64,000 nucleotides of DNA from assembly GCF_009914755.1 (NCBI RefSeq), contig NC_060926.1; one strand, written 5' to 3'. The translations under genes were made by a program, and so were the position numbers. The first letter of the stretch is position 1. The number at the start of each line of letters is the position of its first letter. Below, in pieces: positions 1 to 16,014 of this stretch. Source of the DNA: the human T2T-CHM13v2.0 reference genome, Homo sapiens. The notes under the pieces are model-generated. The model was not told where the DNA came from. It saw only the letters and a list, made by a program, of their open reading frames with translations, and did not search any database.

Positions 1-371
1 CAGTTACTAAGTGTTGTCTTAGATGGAGCAGTGAGCAAAATATAAAAAGTCTATTCCCTCATGGAGCTTACATTATTTCAAAACGGTGGACTGAACTGCA
101 ATTTGGATTTGTATCTAAATCCCTTTGGGTAAACAGAATAAAAATCAGCCAACTTTACGGAAAACATCATGACAAACTATCAAACACAAATACAAAATGC
201 TGAGCAATGGAGCAGAAGCAAAGATCTTACTCCTTTTGTCAATAAAAGCTTAAAACAGTGCCATATGCCTGGTATGAAGGTCCAGCAGAGTGGTGGCTTG
301 TCAAAGGTCACACAAATTAGTAGCTAGGAACGACATCGAGACTTCTTTGTTCCTAGTCCAGTGATCTTTTT

Positions 372-1012
<641 letters not shown>

Positions 1013-3275
1013 CTATTTTTCTGGTTCTGATACAATGTGATAAAAAATGCTGGATATAAAATTATATATTCAATATGATTCTAACTATTTAAAAATACAT
1101 ATGTGTAGAAAAATGGAGAAATAATGGAGAATATTTTCTTTAATTTTCTGTACTTTTCAAATTTTCTATAATAAATATCAATTAGTTTTATAGTTAGAAA
1201 GTTAAAATGAGTTAAACGATGAACAATTCCTCTTTAAACAGCAAAAAATTAAGCTGTCTGAAATGCTTAAAGCTAAGATGATCAATACAATATTAACCAG
1301 ATACCTAACTAGAAGCTTGGTAAGAAATGTGTCTAGGTGACAGCCATCTATTCAAGTGACCAAATGGCCTCAAAACACAATGGTGGCTTCAGCAGCTAGG
1401 ACTGTGTTTATAAATGCACCATATTTATCAAGTGGCTTAATGGCATAAAGGGTCAGGTCAGCCCTGAGGTTTTCACAGAAGTCTCAGTTATGTTAGCAGA
1501 CATTCTGAAACATTTTGACATGTGAATACAGAAGCCACCAGGCCAAGGTGAAATGTTATTTACCAAGTTACTCTTTGACTAAAGTTTAAAATCCAGAAAA
1601 ACTAGCATTGTGCTGAAGAGTTTTCATTAAAGAAAACTGTCATTGACACAATAAACACATTTAAGAGTGGGCAGTCAGAGCTGAAGAAGGGTCAAATTCC
1701 ATCTGGGGAGTCATCACCCTGCCTCTGCCATGCACACGACATGTGAGCTGTCTGGGCTTCAAGTTTCCCACCCCCAAAATGTCTAAAGGGTCCCCACAGT
1801 CCCTTCTATCTCTATTAGTTTATAATTCTAAAACACAAGCGAGAGTCTGGTCCTCCACCATTGGTATTAGAGAACCACTGAGAAAGTTCCTCAAAATGTT
1901 CCTCTTCAACACCAGAGAAAGAAAAGAACGATTAGAAACAAACAGCTCCTCTGAAAAGGTACTCTACAGAGGAGCAGAAGTTTCCTTTAGCTGCTTCTAG
2001 GATCCCACACCTCACTGCAATACTCACTGAGTGGCTGCTTCCCAAGAAAAGCCACAGAAAGGAAATATCATTAAAAAATGGCATATACATTGGGGGAAGC
2101 TACTCCCTCCCTGAAGACCGGCCTAGCCAAGGCTGTTGTTCTCTATTGTTGAACAGGATGTAACAAGACTGCCAAGCGCAGCCCACAAACCTGCTAATTA
2201 GGTGCCCTGACAGTGTTTGTTTTGGAACCATTTACCAACAAAGGAATGTGTCAGGCTGATTAGGGAGAAAAGGGTATGTAATGTATGTGTATTTGAGTCC
2301 AGATGAGGGCATAATCCAGGTATTTAGTCTGTTTGTGCAAGGACTCACAAAAACAAAGGCCGAGCAAATAGGAAGCCACGGGGAAAGCCCAGCTTCTGGG
2401 CAGTGCTTCTCTCCCCTTCTCCTCTGGAGTTTTGTTCCACCTGCCTCCATCCCCACCCCTTCCCCACCAAAAAATTTTGCCTAAACACTTAACATGAAAG
2501 TCTCTTTCAAAAAGTGACAAACTACAGCTGGTTCCTCAGAAAAATGAAAGAGTCTTTGTAAGGTTACTGACACATCTGGGGCTTGATGGTTTTTTTGGCA
2601 GGTAAGTAAGTGACAACTTTAGGCAAAATCATCTCCACATTCAGCCTCCATGGAGCCTTCTCCATGCACTGTGCCCAGGGGCAAATCTAAGGGCAACAGG
2701 GCAACAGAAAACACAGCTCTTGATGGACTGATTGTTCAAGCTGTGCTGAGAACAATTAGGCATCTCAGCACCATCTATGGGAAGAAGTAGTTCCACATTT
2801 TATAATAAAGCAGGTTCCTTCTTTTTAAACAAGCCTTTATATGGTTTGAGTACAATTAGGCATTTGAAGCTTCATGTGTACATGAGGCTTAAAGAAGGGA
2901 AGAAAGTGCCAAGGCAAAGAACAAAGTCCATGCCCCAACAAGTTTAGGTCCTCAGGAGCAGGGTGGTATGGATTGCAGTGAAACGCAAAATGACAAAGAC
3001 CAATTCAAAACGTTGAGCGTGTTGGGAGGAGTCTCCATGTTCTTCAGGACAAGCTGGACATTTCTGAAGTCCGGCCAGATGGATGAAAGCAATGGGGCTT
3101 GGACTAAGTTTCATGGGAGGCTGCCTTTTTTGGTAAGATTACCTGACAAAATAGATTTTAAAAATGAAAAAGCGGATAAACCCTGTTAGAAGCTCATCTG
3201 CTATGCACTTTTCCATGAGGCTGATGTTTGTTCTCAAGACTGATGTAGAAAATATTCTTTAAATGTGTGCAGACT

Positions 3276-3566
<291 letters not shown>

Positions 3567-4090
3567 GTGTACAGACTAGATGTAGTAGCAGAGTATGCTA
3601 ACTCAAGTGGTAAGCAGGTAAGATTTTGGTGTTAATAAGTTCAATGCCCTGTGTGCCACCATTATTTCTTAGAAGAGGGGATGGAGTGGTCAACTACTTG
3701 TGCACAAAGAAAAACTGGCAAGCAATGTCCAGCCTACACCTCTGAATTCCAGTGCTTTAAAAAACAACCCTTTTTAGAAGAGTAACCACAGAGCTGCCGA
3801 TGCCCTACTAACAAAGGAAGAACACCTCCTCTGATGCCTTCCCTGGTGTTAGTGAATGTTGCTGACCAGGGCAGGCTTATGCTGTCATCAGTGAAACACC
3901 TTAAATGGTATGTCAATTGCTTCAACCTTATATAGAAAGCTTTAGTGTTACCTCAGACTTGTGTTATGCTCCTCTATCTTTGGAGGTGTTTTATATTCCC
4001 TTAACTAATTAGTTTATTTAAAAAATGTTGTCAGTGTTCTTATGAATGCATATATACTTAGGCAAGCTTAAACCAAACAGTAAGTATTTA

Positions 4091-4502
4091 TGTAACGCTT
4101 AGTCCATTTCGTGTTGGTAAAACAGAATACCTGAGACAGGGAAACATTTTTTTAAAAGTTTATTTGGCTCCTGATTCTGGAGGCTGGGAGGTCTAGGAAA
4201 CATGGCACTGGCATCTGCTCAGCTTTTGGTGATGCCTCGAGCTGCGTCACAAATGGCAGGGAAGTGGAAGGGGAAGCAAGCATGTGGAAAAGGACCAAAC
4301 ACAGGAGGCAACTCGCTTTCTAGCAACCCCCTATCACCAAACTAACCCAATCCCTCCAGAACTCATCCATTCCTGTCAGAAGGAGATTAATCCATTTTAA
4401 CGACCTCATCACCTCTTAAAGGCACCACCTCCCTACACCTCTACGCTGGGGACCAAGCTTCAGCAAGATTTTCTGGGGACACACCATATTCAAACCATAG
4501 CA
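4091..4502 (-). mobile_element. MaLR solo LTR (MST family)
   Basis: ttagtccattt...aatacctgagac...tttatttggctc...ggcatctgctcagc...ttcaaaccatagca, typical of MST LTRs in reverse orientation. Confidence 0.8.
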
Positions 4503-5078
4503 AATGCCTACCAGATGGAGGATACCAACACCAGTTTTCAGTAGAATCTTCTCATAGAATACTCACATTTAAATACAGTGCCAAGTGGCATAAAGGTCAC
4601 AAAGTCTTTAAGTACAATGTTCTTCATAGTGAAAAACCTAGGAGGATGACTTACATGTCACATGAAAAACTCACGAAAGCCAAATGGACAGGACAGAAAT
4701 GATGGAACTGATTTATCACAGTTGGTTTATTTTCTAAGTCCCATGTTAAAAATGCATGCTGAGGGTTTTTAAGATGAAGTGTTTATGTACTTGTAATCTC
4801 GAAGCATTTCAAGGTTCAGAAATAGCATCTCTGCAGAAATGTAGAAAGCAGGATTGTCTCCTTAGCAGCATTAGGAAAGGGATCTTAATAACGAGAGAAG
4901 ATTAGGGATGTGTAAAAATGTCAGAAAGAAAGCTGCATAGGAGGCAATTTAAGGATTAAAAAAAAATCTAAGTCCTGGGTCATTTTGTGGATTTATGTGA
5001 CTTTTTTGCTTTTATATTCATTGTTTTCCCTTAAATCATAGAGCAGTGTCAGCCTAATCTTCTGATTTGTAATTCTTA

Positions 5079-5400
<322 letters not shown>

Positions 5401-5677
5401 TTAGAGCCCTTCCTTCTTATTCTCAATCAAGGAGGGCATGTTTCGTCATTTCTGTTTTTTTAGGATGTGGAATTTTATCATTGTTTTGTCAAAATGTTTA
5501 TCTCTCCCAAGGCTGTGCTTTCCTTGTAGTCCTCTAGGAGGATAAATCCTGGATTAGGCTTTAGCAAAGCAGTTTTATAATTCAGGATATTCTTATTGTA
5601 TTTAAAAATCTTGCAATCTGGGCTTTACGGTTTTTCTATTTAGGTTAAAGAGAGGTATGTATTTAATTTGTGTTTGA

Positions 5678-6011
<334 letters not shown>

Positions 6012-6414
6012 TCAGGGTAAAACTGTCAGCATTATCTTCTGAATGGAGGGGAGGTTGCTTTGGTGCAACAAACAGGGGTTTGCCTATGGAAGTCTAATTT
6101 AGGCACATCCTCAGCTTCACAGGTACCCCTTGCTGAACCTGACCCGCCAAGGGATGCACAGGAGGTGGAAGCTCTGTTGTTGTCTCCACAACAGTACTTT
6201 GGCCATTTTACAGAAGAAAGGCATATCTTTCCCCCAAACCAATCTAGTCATGGCTTATTGCTCCGAGTGTAAAGACTCCCAAGGCAGCAAATAAAATGAC
6301 ATTTCAAAATAGCAGTTTTGGAGAAGACTTAATGACAGAGGTACACAATTTTTTCAAATTGATTTTAGGGGGTATATGGCAAAATGTTTTGAAGACTACA
6401 GGTGCAGAAGTAGC

Positions 6415-6625
6415 AGTAAGATATAATGGAAAAAACATGGATTTTGGAGTCAGATGTATTTGGATTCAGGTTTTGGCCTTATCTCTAGGGCCACGTTAAT
6501 TGCCTTCTCTGAACCTAGGTTTCTTCATTATTAAAATGGAAGTTACACTATTTCCTCAGAGGACTGGCAGAAAAATTAGATAAGATATGTAAGTTGCTGG
6601 CACTAGTACTAATAAATGTTAGTGC
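6415..6625 (+). mobile_element. MIR SINE relic
   Basis: tggagtcaga...ctctgaacctaggtttcttcat...aaaatgg...aataaatgttag resembles the MIR core. Confidence 0.65.
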
Positions 6626-6884
6626 CATTCCCTTTCAATCCCAGCACCTTCTCTATATCTGTCAGAGGTGGGATCCTAAAAATTAATACTAGGGGTATAT
6701 TTTCAAATTACATAGTCATGAAACTTCCTCCTGCATAATGATTAATTTAATGAGGAAAAGAAAGCCTGAAGGAGTTGATGAATGTTTGCTATATAGTCAT
6801 AATCAAATGAAAACGTTAAAACTGAGTATATTCTAGTACTGAAGAACATAAATCAGTGACTCAAGTTCAACACAGAGTTCCCTC

Positions 6885-7106
6885 ATACAGAGGGAACAAC
6901 AGACACTGGGTACTCAAAAGAGGGGAGGGAGGCAGGGAAAGGCTGAAAAACTTCCTTTGGGTACCCTGTTCACTATATAGGTGATGGGATCAATGAAAAC
7001 CCAAACCTCAGCATCAGGCCACATATCCTTGTAATAAATCTGCATATGGGTCTCCGAATCTAAAATTTAAAAAGAAAAAAAGAAAAAAAAAACCCCAAAC
7101 CTAAAA
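6885..7106 (+). mobile_element. L1 3'-terminal fragment (L1PB/old L1PA-like) with A-rich tail
   Basis: ggaacaacagacactggg...aaacctcagcatc...aatctgcatatg...ctaaaat plus A tail; flanked by aacacagag(t/c)tccct. Confidence 0.75.
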
Positions 7107-7382
7107 AACACAGAGCTCCCTAATACTTTTAGAAACTGTGGAACTTCTTTCTCACTCAACATGCACATCACTTCTGTGGATGATGGAGCCCTTCTGGGAG
7201 CTCCAGGTCCACCCCGCTACTGTGCTCCTCCCACGCTTTCATAGAACTGCCTACTGGCCTGTCTGTCCCTAATAAACTCAACTATTTGTGAGCAAGTAGC
7301 ATGCTGTGTTCACTGTTGTCTCCAGAACCTAGCCCAATGCACACACATGGTATGCTCAATAGATTATTTATTAGGGTCAGGA

Positions 7383-8300
<918 letters not shown>

Positions 8301-9279
8301 CTGAATTTTTTTTTTAACTGAACTGTAATTATGCTATTCAAGTGATACTTGGACCTGAAAGGATATTAGGTATATTTCTGAGGACATAAAAATGCCAAAT
8401 TTAGCAGAATGGTCAAGGGTATGTGGTAACAAATTCACTAAATACCTTATTTCTAAAATTTTTACATACAGGTTTTATTTCAAACATATGCAAAAGTAGA
8501 GAGAATATATAACAAATCCCTGTGTACCTATCACCTAGCTGCCACAATTATTAATACATGGAAATTTCTTTCATCTGTATCATCCCCCTACCCCATCATC
8601 AGATTATCCTGAAGCAAATCCCAGACATTGTATTACTTAATCCATAAAGATTTCAGTTACACTGAGATTTTAAACTTTACTTTACTATTCAAATTTATTT
8701 TTATTTATCACATTTATTTATTTAAAACATTTTTATAGACATGTTTTGAATCAGCAACTCTGTATTTCTGACTAAAATTTTCCTTTAATAAATTTTTTAT
8801 TAGTGTTTCTCTTTGCCTTTTCACAGGGTTGTATAAACCACTCTTGGTGTTTAACTGGAAACTGAACACCAAGAGAAAGCTCAACAGGTTTCTGAAAAGT
8901 GTTAACCTGGAATTCCAGGAAAGCTGGTCAATATTCCTTCTGACTCAGACATTTGTACAAGCTTAGAGAACTGCATCTGATCAAGGAAGAAGGAGGATTC
9001 TCCACAGTTTTTACTACTGAGTAAAGACCCCTATGAACTCAGAGATATGCTAATGTGGTTATTTTGGTGAGAATCCAGCATCTTAACTATGACCACAGCT
9101 ACCTTAGAGGAGTGATTCTTTTTTCTGGGGTGATTCATAATCATATGGAGTCCTTGAAGATACAGATTCTGGAGTTTTAAAAGCCAAGTCTCACAAAAGA
9201 TTCTGATATACAGTCAGAGGGCAGCACTCTGCCCCAGTCAAGGCACAAGTCCAGGAACGGAGGGCTTTAAAAATGTATG

Positions 9280-10320
9280 CAAAACCCAGTGCCTAGATCT
9301 CAGTTTCTAATGTTATTCTTTAACAAAAGAAACCAAGGCTCCCTGGACACATGTCTGTTCCTAGGATTAGGGCAGGAAATAAGTAAGACGATCCTGGTGC
9401 ATCTGGTAGTGCTGGAAAGTAAGGAAATGCTGAAAACCAAACCAAACCAAACCAAAAACAACTCCCCCCAGCAAAAATCCCATAATGGGTGGGGTATGTC
9501 AAGGGAACAAAGGAGCCTACTGAGAGCTTGAATGGCCAAAGCTGGGACAGTCTGAACAATAAAATATAGTACTGGGCTGTAACCCAAAGTACAAATGAAC
9601 TATGCACAAGTCCATACTGATATAAATAAACAACTAAAAAAAATAAGTGAGGAAGAGACAGATCTCCCATGTGGAAGGATTCTAAATAACTGTATCCATA
9701 CTTGGCTCCCAAGAGGGTGGAACATAGCTCCCCACTCCTTAAGTGTGGGCTACACATAGTGACTTCCTTCCAAAAGGAACAGCATGGAAAGAGGGGGAGG
9801 AAGAGGAATTTCATGGTGGAGCAACCTGACACAAACACTACAGTGATGTCATGTTGATCGTATGTTCCCTTGATATGATGTGATGAAAATGGCACTACCT
9901 CTATGGCCTTCCTCCCCAAACCCATAAAACCGACTCCACACATAAGAAAAACATCAGGCCTATCCAACAGAGATATTCTATAAAATACTGACCAGTACTT
10001 CTCAAAACTGTCAAGGTCATCAAAAACAAGGTCTGAGAAACTGTCACACCCAAGAGGAGCCTAGGGAGGTGTGACAACTAAATATAATATGGTATCCGGG
10101 AACAGAAGAAGGATATTAGGTGAAAACTAAGGAAATCTGAAAAAACTGTGGACTTTAGTTACTAATAATATATCAATATTGGTTCATTAATTGTAACAAA
10201 TGTACTATACTAACGTAAAATATTAATAGGGGAAACTGAGTGTGTGGTATATGGGAACTCTGTACTATTTCTGTGATTTCTCTGTTAATCTAAAATTGTT
10301 CCAGTAAGGTTTATAAAAAT
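9280..10320 (+). mobile_element. Old L1 (L1MC/MD-type) 3' region
   Basis: Motifs such as aaccaaggctccctgg, ccagtacttctcaaaactgtcaaggtcatcaaaaacaagg and ggtatatgggaactctgtactat are typical of L1MC/MD 3' UTRs. Confidence 0.75.
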
Positions 10321-12357
10321 TGTTCATCTTTGATCTTAGAGTCAACTGTTCAGTTGAACAATTTTTAAATTTTTATTAATAATAGACTATTTTTTAGAAT
10401 AGTTTTAGATTAAGAGAAAAATTGGGCAGAGAGTTCCCATATTCCACCCCACCACCACCTGTTGTGTTTTCTTTATTAACAATATTTTGCAATCCTGTGA
10501 TACATTTGTTACAAAATTAGTGAACCAATATCGATATATCATTATTAACTAAAGTCCTCCATTTGAGTTAAGGCTCACTCTGTGATGTATGAAACCATAG
10601 ATTCTGACAAATGTATAATGTCATGTATACACCACTGAAGCATCATACAGAATAGTTTCACTGTCCTACAAATCTCCTGTGCTTCACCTAGGCATCCCTT
10701 CCCAGCCACCAAATCCCTGTAACTCATCTTTTTACTGTCTGTATAGTTTTGCCTTTTCCGAAATGTCATATAGTTGGAATCGTATAGTACGTAGCCTTCT
10801 CAGAATGGCTTTGCTCACTTGTGATACACGTTTAGGTTTCCTCCATGTCTCTTTGTGGCCTGACAGCTCACTTCTTTTGTGGCTGAATAATATTCCGTTG
10901 TATGGATATGCCACAGTTTATGCCTTCAGGTACTGAAGGACATCTTGGCTGCTTCCAGTTTTTAGTGATTATGAATAAAGCTGCCATAAACATCCATATG
11001 CGTGCTTTTGTGTGGATATGTTATCAACTTGTGTTATTTCAAGGTATTTTGTTTAATGTCCAAATATTTTGGGATTTTCCAGGTATCTTTGTTATTGATT
11101 TCTAGTTTAATTTCATTATGGTTTGAGAATCATACTTTGCATGATTTCTACTCTTTTAAATTTGTTCAGATTTTTTTTAATGGCCCAGAATGTGGTCTCT
11201 TTTGGTAACTGTTCCATGCGACCTTGAGAAGAATGTATATTTTGTTGTTGTTTAATGAAGTATTCTAGAGATGTCAATTAGATCCAGTTAATTGACAGTG
11301 CTGTTGAGTTTAACTATATGCTTAGGGATTTTCTGTCTGTTGGACCTGTCAGTTATGGACAGAGAAGTGTTGAAGGCTCTAACTATAACAGTAAACTTAT
11401 CTCTCTCTTCTTTCAGTTCCATCAGTTTTTGTCTTACATATTTTGACTCTATTCATACATTAAGGATTGTTACATCTTTTTGGAGAACTGACCCACCCTT
11501 ATCCTTGCAGATTCTTTCTCTACAATCTTCATTCTAAAAATGAATCTGGACACTCTTTGTTATCTGATACAGTGGAGTTTGGCAATTTTTTTTTTGCAAC
11601 TCTAGTATCTCATTATGAATATCTCACTCTGGATATCTCATTCTGGAGATAAAGGTAGTGAGTGAAAGTTTGGTATTATTCCTTTCAATATTCCATAGCA
11701 TTCACTGGTGAAGCCATCTGGCCTCTCTGTGGGAAGATTTCAAAATTACTAATTCAATTTCTTTACTTGTTTTAGGTCTATTCATATTTCTACTTCTCGT
11801 TGAGTCAGTTTTGGTAATTTGTCTTTCTAGTCATTTGTCCATTTCATCTAAATTTGTCTAATTTGTTGGTATAACATTGTTTATAATACTCTTTTATAAT
11901 TCTTTTAATTTCTGTACCTCTTTTCATTCCTGATTTTGGCAATTTGTATCTTCTCTTTTAATTTCTTGATCAGGGTAGCTAAAAGGTTGTTAACTTTGTT
12001 GATCTCTCAAAGACTCAACTTGTGATTTTTCTGTTTACTATTTCATTGATATCGGCTCTAATCTTTATTCTTTCCTTCCTTCTGCTTGCTTTGGATTTAG
12101 TTTGCTCTTTTTTTTATCTAGTTTCTTAAGGTGAAATTTTAGGATATTGATTTGAGAGCTTTCTTCTTTTCTGATACAGGTATTTATAGTCATAAATTTC
12201 ATTCTAACTGCTACTTTAGCTGTTTTTTTATATATTTTATATTTCATTTTCATTCATTTCAAAATATTTTAAAATTGCCCTTGTGCATCCTTCTTTGACC
12301 CATGAGTTGCTTAGAAATATATTGTCTAATTTCCAAATATTTTGGGGTTTCATATAG

Positions 12358-12360
<3 letters not shown>

Positions 12361-12398
<38 letters not shown>
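12361..12398. repeat. (TG)19 microsatellite
   Basis: Direct read. Confidence 0.95.
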
Positions 12399-12565
<167 letters not shown>

Positions 12566-12709
12566 CATATTTTTTTCTACTGTGAATCTTTAATTCCATG
12601 TGCCAGAGAACACGCTTGGTATAGTCTCAAAATTAATTGAGACTTGTTTTGTGGCCCAGCATATGATTTATTCAGTTAGAAGCATTTAGAAATTCTTTAC
12701 TAAACATGA

Positions 12710-13004
<295 letters not shown>

Positions 13005-13009
13005 ATTAA

Positions 13010-13820
13010 ACTATTTTATTGCAATATAATTCACGTACCATAAAACTCACCCCTTTAAAGTATATACAATTCACTAATTTTTAGTGTAGTCATAAGACCA
13101 TGCAACCATTACCACAATCTAATTCCAGAACATTTTCATCACCCCAAAAAGAAACCTATACCCATGAGTAGTAACTCCCTTTCCTCCTTCCCCCAAGCCC
13201 TAGACAACCGCTAATCTATTCTCTTTATGGATTTGCCTATTTTGGACATTTTATATAAATAGAATCATGTAATATGTGCTTTGTGTCTGGCTTCTTTCCG
13301 TTAGCATGTTTTCAATGTTAATACATGTTGCAGCATGTATCAGTACGTTTTTTCTTTTTCTTTTTTTTTTTTTTTTTGAGATGGAGTTTCACTTTTGTTG
13401 CCCAGGCTGGAGGGCAATGGCGCAATCTCTGGCTCACCGCAACCTCCGCCTCCCTGGTTCAAGCAATTCTCCTGTCTCAGCCTCCCGAGCAGCTGGGATT
13501 ACAGGCATGTACCACTATACCCGGCTAATTTTGTATTTTTAGTAGAGACGGGGTTTCTCCATGTTGGTCAGGGTGGTCTCGAACTCCCAATCTCAGGTGA
13601 TCTGCCTGCCTTGGCCTCCCAAAGTGCTGGGATTACAGGTGTGAGCCACCACGCCCGGCTACTTTTTTTCTTTTTATAGCTGAATAATTTTCCATTTATC
13701 TGGATATACTACATTTTGTTTATCCATTCATCAGTTGATAGACAATTAAGTTGTTTCTACTTTTTAGCTATTACGAATGCTGCTGCTATGAACATTTGTG
13801 TACAAGTTTTATGTGGTGTG
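13010..13820 (-). mobile_element. L1MB-type 3' end, interrupted by an Alu
   Basis: ataattcacgtaccataaaactcacccctttaaag...ggatttgcctattttggacatt...gctgctatgaacatttgtgtacaag. Confidence 0.75.
13347..13660 (-). mobile_element. Alu (AluSp/Sq-like)
   Basis: Reverse full dimer containing tttctccatgttggtcagg. Confidence 0.93.
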
Positions 13821-13822
13821 CA

Positions 13823-14119
13823 TTTTGTTTTTTTTTTTTAGACAGAGTCTTGCTGTGTTGCCCAGGCTGGAGTGCAGTGGCGTAATCTCAGCTTACTATA
13901 GCCTCCACCGCCTGGGTTCAAGTGATTCTCCTGCCTCAACCTCCTGAGTAGCTGGGGTTACAGGTGCCTGCTACCATGCCCGGCTAATTTTTGTATCTTT
14001 AGTAGAGACGGGGTTTCACCATGTTGGCCAGGCTGGTCTTGAACCCCTGACCTCAGTGATCCACCTGCCTCGGCCTCCCAAAGTGCTGGGATTACAGGCG
14101 TGAGCCACCGCACCCAGCC
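13823..14119 (-). mobile_element. Alu (AluS-type)
   Basis: Reverse full dimer; TSD-like tggtgt(g/a)catttt. Confidence 0.93.
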
Positions 14120-14134
14120 TGGTGTACATTTTTT

Positions 14135-14371
14135 AGAGGTAACTAATCTCTAGGCTATGGGCTAAGTTACTGTTCAGCAGTGTCTTCTAATTTTACTCCC
14201 AGTGGTTCGTCCAGTTTGGGCCTTCCTCTGAGACTGCAATTTCCCACTGCCTCTCACTTGGCCATAAAAAGGCTGTGAGGAGTTTCCTCCCTTTAAGAGG
14301 TAGCTAATCTCTGGGCTATATAAGCTCTATAAGCTAAGTACCTGCTCAGGAAACTGGAGGCTGAACTCTGC

Positions 14372-14435
<64 letters not shown>

Positions 14436-15040
14436 CTGCATGTCTATGTGTTTATGTGTCTGTTTTTCTGTGTGTGGGCCAACCCAAATTCCCGCATGTT
14501 TACAAATAGTCTTTAGGTTTTAGGAGAGGCTAAAAGGGCTGAGTCAACTCTCAATATCTTAGCTCTACCCTACATGCTTCAACTCTCCCTGGCTGTATGC
14601 CTTACCTTCTGTTCTGAACCACAGTATAAGTGAGCCCTGCAGGGTGGGAAATGAGCCATGACATTCATGCCCAAAGAGGCCAGTGCACACACATACCGTG
14701 TAGATTTCTATTACGCTTTTGGGATGAAAGGAAAAGTAATATGTATCATTTTGTGAATCATCCATCAATCCATGGATGTGATGATGCCCAAATATTACTT
14801 TGGTTAGAAAAATCATCCCACATAAACTCCCATTTTTCTCTCCTTTGGATCCTAAAACTTTCATCGCTCCACTGCAGTGCATGCATCTGCGGAGAAAAGC
14901 ACATGGCCAGGCAGCAGCTGCTCACCAGTGTCCTCTAGTTTTACCCCTGGCGGTCGGTCCAGTTTGGGCCTTCCTCTGAGACTGCAGTTTCCCATTGCCT
15001 ATCATTTGGCTCTGAAAAAATTATTAAGATGCTTCCTCCC
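14135..15040. repeat. Local diverged duplication A-B / A'...B'
   Basis: 14135-14177 resembles 14296-14349 and 14178-14291 resembles 14926-15040. A 30-bp identical core sits at 14209-14238 and 14957-14986. Confidence 0.85.
14375..14432. repeat. (TG)29 microsatellite
   Basis: Direct read. Confidence 0.97.
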
Positions 15041-15331
15041 CAGTCTTCATTCTAAAATTGAACCTGAACACTCTCTGTTACCTAATAAGGCAGAGTTAGG
15101 CAATGTTTCTTTGCAGCTCTGTTATCTCATTCTGGATAAAGGTAGCGAGGTAAGGGGTGGAAATAAATACAGGAAACCAAAGGGGGAAACATGTTCTCCA
15201 AGAACAAGGAAAACCTGATCCAGGGTAAGAGACAGAGATACACTACTTGACTAAAAGTTGGCCTGATTTGGCCAAAGAAAATGGCATATTACACATTTGG
15301 GTGTTCTTTTATGAAATAAGATATTCTGTAC

Positions 15332-15489
15332 CTGCTTGTTGAAATATCCTCAAAAGGGTAGAGGATCTCTCCATTGTTACAGATTTCACAGATGAACCCC
15401 TTCTGGCTACAAAGACTGCAGCTGTACACGTGTGAGGTGGCAAATTTAATGACCTTGCCCAAGAATGGAGCCAGCTTTCCCTCTATTAC
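15332..15489 (-). CDS. PLEKHM3: PLEKHM3 internal coding exon (158 nt; [53 protein letters not shown]), Zn-binding part of the Rubicon-homology domain
   Basis: Acceptor catttctctttctgcag|GTA and donor AG|gtacag. It holds 52 codons + 2 nt in frame with the upstream exon. The H-x3-CxxC-x4-FICExC motif is typical of the PLEKHM1/RUBCN/DEF8 family. Confidence 0.95.
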
Positions 15490-16014
15490 CTGCAGAAAGA
15501 GAAATGGGACAGGGAAGCACATTTATTGAGAACAGAAGTCTTGTACACACAGGAAAGGAAAGGAATTCCTTTCCTTTACACAACAGGAAAACCTCTAATT
15601 ATAATTTCTCAGCAACTCTGAGGAAGAAAAGACATAGTAGTTTTGCTCCAAAAGAACTTTCTGGTTTAAACCACTGGAGGTTGTAAATTAAGATGCTGAA
15701 ACTTCTTTTGTATTCCTCTTGCTTTGTAGTATAGTGTAGAAGACTGAGGCCCAACAAATGGGGAACCCTGCTTGGATAGACCAACTTCACAGTTAGGGTG
15801 TGGTATAAGAGGAGTGTGGTAGGTTTCCCAGAGTAAACTGAAAACATACAGAGTAAATCTGAATGCATTAAGTTTATGTTGTAAATGCAATAATACCTTT
15901 TCTCTGATGAATTAATGGGATAGTTTTTTCACCATCTTCCCCAAGAACATAGAGTAAATGGGGAAAAATAGGTTTCTTTTGCTGCTGGTAAGTATAGTAA
16001 AAAAAAGCTTGCAA

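Noticed and set aside
9320-9967. Longest ORF in the window (215 aa, minus strand)
   Set aside because: It lies antisense within an old L1 3' UTR and has no domain or splice support.
14170-15020. Duplicated unit as a pair of C/D snoRNAs or as a spliced retrocopy
   Set aside because: Neither copy has a canonical RUGAUGA box C, the CUGA is not shared, and the missing segment does not have GT...AG ends at the observed junction.
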